From the IMG/VR virus record IMGVR_UViG_3300044729_003978: a stretch of 61,408 nucleotides of DNA. One strand, given 5' to 3'. Positions within the stretch are counted from its first letter, which is position 1. Each line of letters starts with the position of its first letter. The DNA comes from an uncultured virus (IMG/VR IMGVR_UViG_3300044729_003978) (Duplodnaviria; Heunggongvirae; Uroviricota; Caudoviricetes). Positions 27,968 through 35,411 of this stretch are shown in pieces. The position numbers and the translations under genes were made by a program. The notes under the pieces were generated by a model. It was not told the origin of the DNA, did no database searches, and saw only the letters and a list, made by a program, of their open reading frames with translations.

Positions 27968-29662
27968 TTAGTAGGTTCCACCGTCAACTGTATCTATTGT
28001 TATTACGCCAGAAGCTGAATTAAAGTCGCTAGAATTGAAAGTTGCTAAGCCCTTGGTGCTTCCGTCAGCAGAGGCATCTTGAATAGCAAGTGTTAAAGTT
28101 CCAGAGCCAGATGTTACAGATCCGTTGGTGAGCGATATTGTCTTATACTGAGGCGCAGAAGCAGATCCTGTGCTTGAAAGAACAGCTCCAGCAGTTGAGG
28201 AAGCTGAAAGTTTGCTGATTGTAGTGGATCCGGAAGCGTAAATAATGTCGCCTACCGTATATGTAGTTTGCCCAGTACCACCATAAGCTGCGCCAACAGC
28301 TGTTCCCTGCCAAGTTCCTGTTCCGATCGTTCCGACACTCGTGAGGCTTGAACTCGTTACGCCAGAGCCAAGCGTGGACGCACTCAATACCGAAGAGCCG
28401 TTGATATAGAAGGCTTTGCCTGTGAGCAGATTCAGATGCTCGCTTGAAGTCCAAGCGTCGGTCGCATCAACCCAGTTGAATGTCTTGTCAGAGGCTCCTT
28501 TTAGGGTTATACCACCTCCATCTGCAGCGGAATCTAGTGTGTTGTCAGCACCTAATACTATATTTTTATCATCTATTGATAGCGTAGTAGAATTTACAGT
28601 TGTTGTTGTTCCATTTACGGTAAAGTTTCCACTTACAACTAAATCCTTGTTTACTGTTACAGTGCCACCGTTTGAGGAGCCTAGGTTAATATTTGTTGTT
28701 GATCCAGAAGCCGCGCCAGTTCCTATGTTAATTGTTTTTGTGTTTCCAGAGCCAGTAGCGCCTGTCTGTATGTTTAAAGTGTTTGTTGAAGTAGCAGTGT
28801 CTGCTATGGTAAAGCTACCAGGAAGCTCTAGACTTGTTGATCCTACTCCGAAAACACCGTTTCCGTTTAATGTTATTGTCGCTGCATCTAGGGTTATAGC
28901 AGTAGAAGGTGTGGCGGCGCCTGTTATCGTTATGCTTGCGCTAGTATCAGAGCCTGTTGAACTTATTGATAGATTGGCGTCTACACCGTAAGATTGAAAT
29001 ATGTTAGATGTAATTATTCCAGCAGATTCTGATACAGATAGGTTTTTAGACCCCAGGCTGCTTGTGCTTGGATTGTATGAAAGCGGCGTTGTTGTATCGT
29101 CTACATAAAGAGTCTTACTAGAGCCAGCTGTTGTGCTAAAAACCAAATATCTAGTAGTATTTGTGTTATCGCTAGTCGTGCTTACGGTCGTAGCAGAGGC
29201 GTCTGTCCAAGAAAGCTGTGACACATTTGAAGAAGGTGCTGCCGCTGAAAGCATTTGACCAGAAGTAGGATCTGTAGTCGGCATAACATAGGTTATGTTT
29301 GCCGTCCTAGCAGATCCTCGAAAAGCCGAATAATTAGTGCCATCATCAGAGTCTTCTAAAAGCCTAAGTTCACCAGCAGCACTTGATCCTTGACCAAAGC
29401 TAACGGCGCCAGTAAATGTTCCTCCACTCTTCGGCATAAACGTAGTGTTTACGGCGCTTTGTGTTGCTAGCTTAGTTGCGCTTGTCCAGTCTGATGGAGA
29501 AGATTCTATCTGAGCGCCTATCCAAACAGGCGCAGTTAAAGAATCGTCAGCTGTTTTTATAAAAAGTTTTGGAGTGCTTGTGTTTGCGGCAAGCTCTCCA
29601 GAATTAGTTACATTTGTTGCTGAGGGGTCTGTTGTTCCTCTTTTAATTTTAATAGTTGCCAT
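27968..29662 (-). CDS. tail-fibre protein
   Basis: MATIKIKRGT..GELA N-terminus; VNGTTTTVNST..IDDKNI and GGTG repeats; ends VDGGTY. Confidence 0.8.
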   Translation of the reverse strand: MATIKIKRGTTDPSATNVTNSGELAANTSTPKLFIKTADDSLTAPVWIGAQIESSPSDWTSATKLATQSAVNTTFMPKSGGTFTGAVSFGQGSSAAGELRLLEDSDDGTNYSAFRGSARTANITYVMPTTDPTSGQMLSAAAPSSNVSQLSWTDASATTVSTTSDNTNTTRYLVFSTTAGSSKTLYVDDTTTPLSYNPSTSSLGSKNLSVSESAGIITSNIFQSYGVDANLSISSTGSDTSASITITGAATPSTAITLDAATITLNGNGVFGVGSTSLELPGSFTIADTATSTNTLNIQTGATGSGNTKTINIGTGAASGSTTNINLGSSNGGTVTVNKDLVVSGNFTVNGTTTTVNSTTLSIDDKNIVLGADNTLDSAADGGGITLKGASDKTFNWVDATDAWTSSEHLNLLTGKAFYINGSSVLSASTLGSGVTSSSLTSVGTIGTGTWQGTAVGAAYGGTGQTTYTVGDIIYASGSTTISKLSASSTAGAVLSSTGSASAPQYKTISLTNGSVTSGSGTLTLAIQDASADGSTKGLATFNSSDFNSASGVITIDTVDGGTY

Positions 29663-29665
29663 ATC

Positions 29666-30997
29666 TTAAAATACACCACAGTCAATAATGGCCTCCAAGA
29701 ATCCTTGTCCAGAACCAAGAATTAAGTTGTTAGTATTTGGATTCCATAGTAAATCTGAATCAGTTCTTATTAATTGGCTGCCAGAAGGATCAGATGCGAA
29801 GTTTATGTAATAAAGACCAGAAGAAGGATTATTTGTCGGGTTTAGAACGACACCAGTAGGAGAACCTGAAGAAGACACATTTCCATAAGACCAGTAAGAA
29901 CCGTTATACAGTAAGACTTGGCCGCTAGCCGCCCCGCTAGATGTTACATCTGAAAGACTGTCTAGCGTAATATTGTTAGGAACATCGTTGGTTCTTCCTG
30001 GTCCTGTTACTACTATTTCACCGTTGTTTGAATTTACTCTTCCGACCCTGCCAATATTTTGTACTAGTATGCTTACACCAGTTGGTCTAGTGTTAACTAA
30101 ACCGCCAGTTGGACCAACATAGACTGTGTTTCCTACGGAAAAAGATGACGTGTTTAAGCTTGAAAGAGTTCCAAGTATAGTAACATGCCCTGTAGCATTT
30201 GCAGAAAGCTGTGTTTCCAACAAACCTAAGGCTGGCATTTTTGTTGGATCGTCAGCTCTTGCTATAGATACTTCTAGTGTTGTTGTTGCGCCTACAGTTC
30301 CAGTTACATAAACGGGAACACCTTTTCCTATTACTCCACCACTTGTATTTTTGACGGGACACTGAACGGCACCTATTAGTCCACCTTGAAAGTGAGGTGA
30401 TATCATTAAGCCACTAGCTTGTATCGTTCCAGAAACTATTAAATGGCTTGCGTTATAGTCGTAAAGAAAACCAGAAGAAGAGTCTATTCCGCCAGAGAAG
30501 TTATAAAGAACACTTCTGTCTATTCCTGGGGCGCCTATATGGGTGTATGCATGAGTGTGTGCAACATCTGCTTTTGAGTCTAGCGCTATTTGCAAAGCCG
30601 AAACATCAGATATGGAATGCACGTGTACAACATCTGACTTATTATCTAGAGATGCTTGAAGATTTGTTACATCTGATATATTGTGAGTATGAGATAGAGG
30701 CGCTAGGTTGTTTATTGTGCTTTGAAGATTAGATACGTCAGATATTGAGTGGGTGTGCGATGAATTAGCTTTAGCGTTAAGAGCAGCCTGAAGTCCGTTA
30801 ACTGTAGATATTTCTTGTGTATGGGCGCCAACATCATAAGCCACATAATCAAGCACTGTCCAAGAAGAAGAACCGTCGCCGATCTTTAGTTTTCTTGTAT
30901 CAATTTCGAAACCTATTTCGCCAAGGCCTAGAACTGGATTTTTAGAAGTCCATGTCGCAGCCAAGTCTCTTCTAGCTCTTATCTTATATATTGACAC
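29666..30997 (-). CDS. tail-fibre protein with Mtd/hyaluronidase-type N-terminus and His-repeat stalk
   Basis: NPVLGLGEIGFEIDTRKLKIGDG; about 4 x HxH.ISDV..LQ..L repeats. Confidence 0.8.
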   Translation of the reverse strand: MSIYKIRARRDLAATWTSKNPVLGLGEIGFEIDTRKLKIGDGSSSWTVLDYVAYDVGAHTQEISTVNGLQAALNAKANSSHTHSISDVSNLQSTINNLAPLSHTHNISDVTNLQASLDNKSDVVHVHSISDVSALQIALDSKADVAHTHAYTHIGAPGIDRSVLYNFSGGIDSSSGFLYDYNASHLIVSGTIQASGLMISPHFQGGLIGAVQCPVKNTSGGVIGKGVPVYVTGTVGATTTLEVSIARADDPTKMPALGLLETQLSANATGHVTILGTLSSLNTSSFSVGNTVYVGPTGGLVNTRPTGVSILVQNIGRVGRVNSNNGEIVVTGPGRTNDVPNNITLDSLSDVTSSGAASGQVLLYNGSYWSYGNVSSSGSPTGVVLNPTNNPSSGLYYINFASDPSGSQLIRTDSDLLWNPNTNNLILGSGQGFLEAIIDCGVF

Positions 30998-31425
30998 TAC
31001 GCACCACCGCCGTCAATATCTAGATCCTGGTTTTGAGATAGATCGCCACCATTTATATCAATATCTGCTATTGAAGGCACAAAAATAGGCTCGTCTAGCT
31101 GCGATCTAGAAGGCTTGTCTTCGAACGGCGGAAGATAAGACTTTTGCCTGTTTATATCATATGATATAGTTTTTGGAGAGGCTATAGGTGAAACGAAACT
31201 ATCATATCTAGTTTTTTCTGCGTCTGCTAGTGGGACAGAAGAAACTCCGTAATTAACTGTTGGGAACTTTAATCCACCACTAGCGAAAAAGGCTGGGGTT
31301 AAGTCTTTTTGATATTCTGAATCAGTGGAATATGTCTTAGCCAATTCTGGGCTAGAAACTATTCCTTTTTCTGAATAAAATCCTCCAAGAGTTCCGTCTT
31401 GATTAAAGACTCTGATCCTATACAT
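30997..31425 (-). CDS. hypothetical protein at the head of the fibre module
   Basis: GTGTAT-N8-ATG upstream; ends DIDGGGA. Confidence 0.6.
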   Translation of the reverse strand: MYRIRVFNQDGTLGGFYSEKGIVSSPELAKTYSTDSEYQKDLTPAFFASGGLKFPTVNYGVSSVPLADAEKTRYDSFVSPIASPKTISYDINRQKSYLPPFEDKPSRSQLDEPIFVPSIADIDINGGDLSQNQDLDIDGGGA

Positions 31426-31439
31426 GATATTATATACAC

Positions 31440-31976
31440 CTAAGTTTCAAGTTTGGCACAGTAATCATACATAGCAATTGCACTTGCGCAAGCCACATTC
31501 AAACTCCTCACACTGCCAAATTGAGGAATATAAACTATATCAGAACAGGCACTTATAATATTTTGGTCTAGACCAATTTGTTCTTGGCCAAACGCCATTA
31601 CAAAATGCTCTTTTGGCCACTGATATTTTTTAATGCTTACTGCGTTAGAAACATTATCTATTCCGACTATTTTAGAGCCAGAAAAGTATTTCAGCATTTC
31701 TTCTAGCGAATCTTCTTTAAAATGCTTTACGTGAATATATTTATGAGTTCCGACAGTGCCGCGCTTATCATACTGTTTTGAACCCCAAATCACAACTTCT
31801 TTAGGAAGAAAGGCCCCAGTGTTTCTTATGACGCTGCTTATGTTAAAGTCTTGTCCTAAATTGCAGCACAACACAGAGAAATTATGTCTCTTAGTGTCTA
31901 GATCAGCGATAATTGCTTCATGTTTCCAGTACCAATAATGATCTATGATATTTCTAGTTTCTTTAAGTGTATTCAT
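31440..31976 (-). CDS. SpoU/TrmH-family RNA 2'-O-methyltransferase
   Basis: NISSVIRN, FGQEQIGL and IPQFGSVRSLNVACA SPOUT motifs. Confidence 0.9.
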   Translation of the reverse strand: MNTLKETRNIIDHYWYWKHEAIIADLDTKRHNFSVLCCNLGQDFNISSVIRNTGAFLPKEVVIWGSKQYDKRGTVGTHKYIHVKHFKEDSLEEMLKYFSGSKIVGIDNVSNAVSIKKYQWPKEHFVMAFGQEQIGLDQNIISACSDIVYIPQFGSVRSLNVACASAIAMYDYCAKLET

Positions 31977-31980
31977 TTTC

Positions 31981-32670
31981 GTGCCTAAGCTAAATGTAAA
32001 TATTCCTCACTTCTACTGCCTCCTTAGAAAGCAACATTTATACGGAGGTTTAGATTATGTTGGAGAGTTCGAAAAGGTCTGTGTTTTTTCTGCACAATCC
32101 AACGCTGGGAAAGCGCTTCTTTTTAATGTTATGTTGGACAATGGAACTCTTCGTAGCAGGGTTCCTATTCACATGCTAGCCTCTTGTGATGACGCAGATG
32201 AAATACCTTTGGATTTCCTGCAACTTTGGGACTGCTATAGTGAAAATGTCACAGTTATTGAATACGAATATCTTTCGGAGATGAGATGCAAGATCGTATT
32301 TAAAGACGGGTCTGAGCATTGGGGTTCTTACATGATGACTTTTGATTGGTATAGAAACTCTTTTTCAGATGAGCCTACACAGTACAAGTGCTTGCATATG
32401 ATTGAGTTGGACAACGGTTGCTATACACTACAGCCAAATAATAGAATATTCTGGAGAGACATGTCTTTCACGACAAAGCCTTTTCCAGAAAAGCCAGATT
32501 ACAAGGTTGATACAAAAGTATATAAAACAGAAAGCGTCAGCGACAGATGGGTTATATCTGGAGAAGATTCTAGCTATTACTATAAAATAGAAAAGGCCGA
32601 AGGGGTTAATGACTCCGTGGACTTTGACGATCCTAAGGGTCCACCCGATAATCGGCCTTCGGCTATTTGA
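31981..32670 (+). CDS. conserved phage hypothetical protein (lone plus-strand gene)
   Basis: LNVNIP..., LQLWDC..., LDNG...LQPNNRI family pattern; GTG start preceded by GTGTAT-N8. Confidence 0.75.
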   Translation: MPKLNVNIPHFYCLLRKQHLYGGLDYVGEFEKVCVFSAQSNAGKALLFNVMLDNGTLRSRVPIHMLASCDDADEIPLDFLQLWDCYSENVTVIEYEYLSEMRCKIVFKDGSEHWGSYMMTFDWYRNSFSDEPTQYKCLHMIELDNGCYTLQPNNRIFWRDMSFTTKPFPEKPDYKVDTKVYKTESVSDRWVISGEDSSYYYKIEKAEGVNDSVDFDDPKGPPDNRPSAI

Positions 32671-32679
32671 TATACACTA

Positions 32680-33066
32680 TCAGTTATATTTTTGAATTGT
32701 TTTTTCCATCAATTCAATTGATTGAATAACATCGTTCTTATTATCAATTGAAATTTTATATGTCTTATCTTCAAGGCAAAATTTTCCAGTATTTATTAAA
32801 CTTTTGATTTTCGACAATAGATTTAAATAATCTTTATTAAAATCTTTTGATGATGAGCTTTTTGTAGGCTCAACAATATAAAGGTCTGAGACTAAAGACT
32901 CCATGCCATTATCAATTGCGAATTTTAAAACATCTGAAGTATTAAACCTTCTGTCGTTATTTACTTTCCACTGCTTAAGTTTTCCAGAATCACCCCATTT
33001 AGAGATGGTTCTTGCAGAAACAGAAAAAAGATTTGCAACTTCACCAGTAGTCATTACCTTTTTCAT
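32680..33066 (-). CDS. MerR/excisionase-type HTH DNA-binding protein
   Basis: MTTGEVANLFSVSARTISKWGDSGKL...RRF. Confidence 0.85.
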   Translation of the reverse strand: MKKVMTTGEVANLFSVSARTISKWGDSGKLKQWKVNNDRRFNTSDVLKFAIDNGMESLVSDLYIVEPTKSSSSKDFNKDYLNLLSKIKSLINTGKFCLEDKTYKISIDNKNDVIQSIELMEKTIQKYN

Positions 33067-33563
33067 TTATTCGCCTTTCTTAGCTTAATAACTCTATCAG
33101 CTAAACTGTGTGATATTTGACAAATTCTAGATTCGCTAAGACCAATGACTTTAGAAATATCTTTAAGCGTCATATTTAAATTACGCATTGATAGAATCTT
33201 AATTTCATTTTCCGAAAGCTGGTATTCTAACCTTAAGAAGTTTGTTTCATCTTCGTTGAGTTTATTGTCGTGATATGTTTTCGACGCTAGCAAATCAAAA
33301 TCGCTTATTGAAACTATATTCTTATTTGCTTCTGATCTTTTAGACCCACTTCTACCACACTCTGATCTTATTATATCGATAAGCACAAACTTGCTTTTGT
33401 TTGTAAGATATTTAATATCCTTACCAGTAGAAGCAAGTGCTATATATGCTGTGTTTACAACTTCCTCTGCTTTTATTGATTTGATATTTTTATGTTTTAT
33501 TACTTTATTGATTACTTTAATAGCCGCCCTGTATCTCTTCTTTATTTTCTGTTCGTCTAACAT
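33063..33563 (-). CDS. sigma-70 family factor (FliA-like region 4)
   Basis: IDIIRS; MTLKDISKVIGLSESRICQI. Confidence 0.7.
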   Translation of the reverse strand: MLDEQKIKKRYRAAIKVINKVIKHKNIKSIKAEEVVNTAYIALASTGKDIKYLTNKSKFVLIDIIRSECGRSGSKRSEANKNIVSISDFDLLASKTYHDNKLNEDETNFLRLEYQLSENEIKILSMRNLNMTLKDISKVIGLSESRICQISHSLADRVIKLRKANK

Positions 33564-33741
33564 TTATTTTTATTACCGTTCTGCTGGCTATATAAAAGCA
33601 TCCCAAGACGCAGCCGCATACCATCATATACTTTGAGTTCTCTGTGTTTTCTTCTGAGATTTTTGAAAAGCTCAAAATTAAAGGAGCCAATGATACCCAA
33701 AATTCACTAGTTTTTGCTCCAGATTTAATATCTTCATTCAT
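33517..33741 (-). CDS. small two-TM membrane protein (holin-like)
   Basis: KSGAKTSEFW + two hydrophobic segments + YIASR. Confidence 0.55.
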   Translation of the reverse strand: MNEDIKSGAKTSEFWVSLAPLILSFSKISEENTENSKYMMVCGCVLGCFYIASRTVIKINVRRTENKEEIQGGY

Positions 33742-34408
33742 GCGTTTCCCATCGACTCATTATAATTGATACATCTTGAGAGTCAGTAGTTCCATCTAAA
33801 TTTACATCGCCTTCAGCTGTATTCCAACTAGCTAGACAGATTTCTGCGTCTTTTTTGTCTGTTTGACCATCCATATTTATATCGGTAATATCGAAAAAAT
33901 CTACCTTAAAGGCGATATTATCGTTAGTATCTATTTTAGTTACTATACGATGCTTAATATAAGGTGTTGATGTTTTTCTCCCATCCCAAATAAGATCAAC
34001 GTATTTTTCTGTACTTTTAACAGTATCTAGTTGCGTTCCATCAAAAGAAAACTCGTTTTGACATTTTACGTAATTAATAGATGCTGTATCTTGAACAGAT
34101 TTATTCTGTTCATCTATTTGTTGTTTCACGCTTTCTGGAATTTGAATTCGTACTCTCTTTGGTTCTGATTCAGTTTTCATATTGAGGTCTAAAATAAAAT
34201 ACAAAGGACACTCAAAAGAATTTGCGAGATTTAGGGTATATCCCTTTTCAGATTCTTGAATATTAATGAATGCAGGCCCAATTAAAATTTGCTCGTTTAG
34301 ATCTTCAGACCTTACGGTAGCAGAGTTGTGGACAGCTAGTTTTGTTTGTGGAAATTCGTTTAAATTTGATTTAAAAGATAGGCTTATTAGCAATTCTGAA
34401 ATATCCAT
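33734..34408 (-). CDS. protein with C-terminal dockerin-like double EF-hand domain
   Basis: DINMDGQTDKKD...W and DVNLDGTTDSQD...W repeats. Confidence 0.7.
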   Translation of the reverse strand: MDISELLISLSFKSNLNEFPQTKLAVHNSATVRSEDLNEQILIGPAFINIQESEKGYTLNLANSFECPLYFILDLNMKTESEPKRVRIQIPESVKQQIDEQNKSVQDTASINYVKCQNEFSFDGTQLDTVKSTEKYVDLIWDGRKTSTPYIKHRIVTKIDTNDNIAFKVDFFDITDINMDGQTDKKDAEICLASWNTAEGDVNLDGTTDSQDVSIIMSRWETHE

Positions 34409-34422
34409 TTTGTTTCCTTTAT

Positions 34423-34535
34423 AGTCTTCGACTAGATTCGAACTAGTTTATTTGCTTTGTCGATTGATTTAATAAATCGTTTTACGCAAGAGCAAGTCTT
34501 GTCAACTCCGCCGTTTCCCACTCGGCTGCGAAGAC
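34423..34535 (-). ncRNA. tRNA-like RNA with greatly expanded central/variable region
   Basis: acceptor GTCTTCG/CGAAGAC, D-arm GCCG-AGTGGGAAA-CGGC, T-arm ACTAG-TTCGAAT-CTAGT. Confidence 0.7.
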
Positions 34536-34852
34536 TTCTTGAAAATTTTTCCAATCTCATATTCTTCGTCTGACTGTAGGTTATAGCAAATCCAGGCGGA
34601 GGTTGTTTTATTTTTTGCCGTCCACTTTGAGATATCTTCCTTTGTCACTTCAGATTCTTCAATAACCATAAAGTCTTCGCTATCCTTTTCTGGAGGATAG
34701 GCAGAAAAGATTCCTTCTAGTTCTGATAAGATATCCTCAAGACCTAGAGACTTGTGTGCTGGAAAAGTAATTGTTGCACGAATCATTTTGAAGTCTTTTT
34801 CTGTTACCGCTGAAGGTTCTGTATTTTTTGTTTCGATTTTCTTGAATTTCAT
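34502..34852 (-). CDS. hypothetical protein (paralog of 4919..5230)
   Basis: AGGAG SD; shared FKKI, TFP, DI..E and IEES.VT.ED motifs. Confidence 0.65.
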   Translation of the reverse strand: MKFKKIETKNTEPSAVTEKDFKMIRATITFPAHKSLGLEDILSELEGIFSAYPPEKDSEDFMVIEESEVTKEDISKWTAKNKTTSAWICYNLQSDEEYEIGKIFKKSSQPSGKRRS

Positions 34853-34867
34853 AACTTACTCCTTTAA

Positions 34868-34940
34868 TGCTCCCTGTAGGGATCGAACCTACGACCTATC
34901 GGTTAAAAGCCGAATGCTCTACCAACTGAGCTAAGAGAGC
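34868..34940 (-). tRNA. tRNA-Lys(TTT)
   Basis: canonical cloverleaf; loop CT-TTT-AA; T-loop TTCGATC. Confidence 0.95.
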
Positions 34941-34946
34941 TTAAAA

Positions 34947-35031
34947 TGGCGAAGTGGGATTCGAACCCACATTCCACGGTGACCGTGGGTAATGCCCTAA
35001 GAGGCTCATACGTCCTTTATACCATTCGCCC
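34947..35031 (-). ncRNA. atypical class-II tRNA-like RNA (anticodon arm non-canonical)
   Basis: GGCGAA/TTCGCC acceptor, GTGGG-TTCGAAT-CCCAC T-arm, CCACGG-TCA-CCGTGG extra arm. Confidence 0.6.
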
Positions 35032-35035
35032 TTTT

Positions 35036-35134
35036 GCGTTCTTCTACAGATTGCCCGCATCCCTCTGCGAACTCTTGCGACGAGTTCGATTTTTTGCTTA
35101 ATCGCGTTCTTCTACGGAGTGCGCGCCCCTCCGT
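35036..35134 (-). repeat. two copies of a candidate H-type pseudoknot separated by a hairpin
   Basis: shared GTAGAAGAACGC tail; both stems covary between the copies. Confidence 0.65.
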
Positions 35135-35153
35135 TGACTGGGGTTTCTAAAAG

Positions 35154-35226
35154 TAGCTTCCGTGGGACTCGAACCCACACTGTGAAGATTTTAAGTCTTC
35201 TGTCTCTGCCTTTGGACTAGGAAGCC
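35154..35226 (-). tRNA. tRNA-Leu(TAA), short variable loop
   Basis: GGCTTCC/GGAAGCT acceptor, GAAGA-CTTAAAA-TCTTC anticodon arm, TTCGAGT T-loop. Confidence 0.9.
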
Positions 35227-35227
35227 A

Positions 35228-35329
35228 TCTAAACACAGAAGTGCCGTCCGTCCTCGCCACTTATTCTGTAGAATAATCTACTTAAGAGCTAAAACCTTCT
35301 GTGTCTAGTAGAGATCAACGCGATCTCTT
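35228..35329 (-). ncRNA. structured inter-tRNA spacer (long rod + hairpin)
   Basis: TAGACACAGAAG/CTTCTGTGTTTA stem; AGAGATCG/TGATCTCT hairpin. Confidence 0.4.
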
Positions 35330-35331
35330 AA

Positions 35332-35404
35332 AGCGAATGGCGGGATTTGAACCCGCGACAATTGGTTTGGAAAACCAAGGCTCTGCCAGCTGAGCTACAC
35401 TCGC
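35332..35404 (-). tRNA. tRNA-Gly(TCC)
   Basis: GCGAGTG/CATTCGC acceptor, U73, TTGGT-TTTCCAA-ACCAA anticodon arm. Confidence 0.95.
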
Positions 35405-35411
35405 AACCAAA

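Noticed and set aside
25673..31425. Diversity-generating retroelement targeting the fibres
   Set aside because: No reverse transcriptase and no TR/VR pair differing at adenines visible in the window.
34947..35150. tmRNA
   Set aside because: The pseudoknots resemble pk1, but there is no GGGG 5' end pairing with an Ala-type acceptor and no convincing tag ORF.
35240..35265. HDV-like/theta ribozyme (TCCTCGC resembles the HDV L3 loop)
   Set aside because: It lies antisense to the tRNAs and I could not build the nested double pseudoknot.
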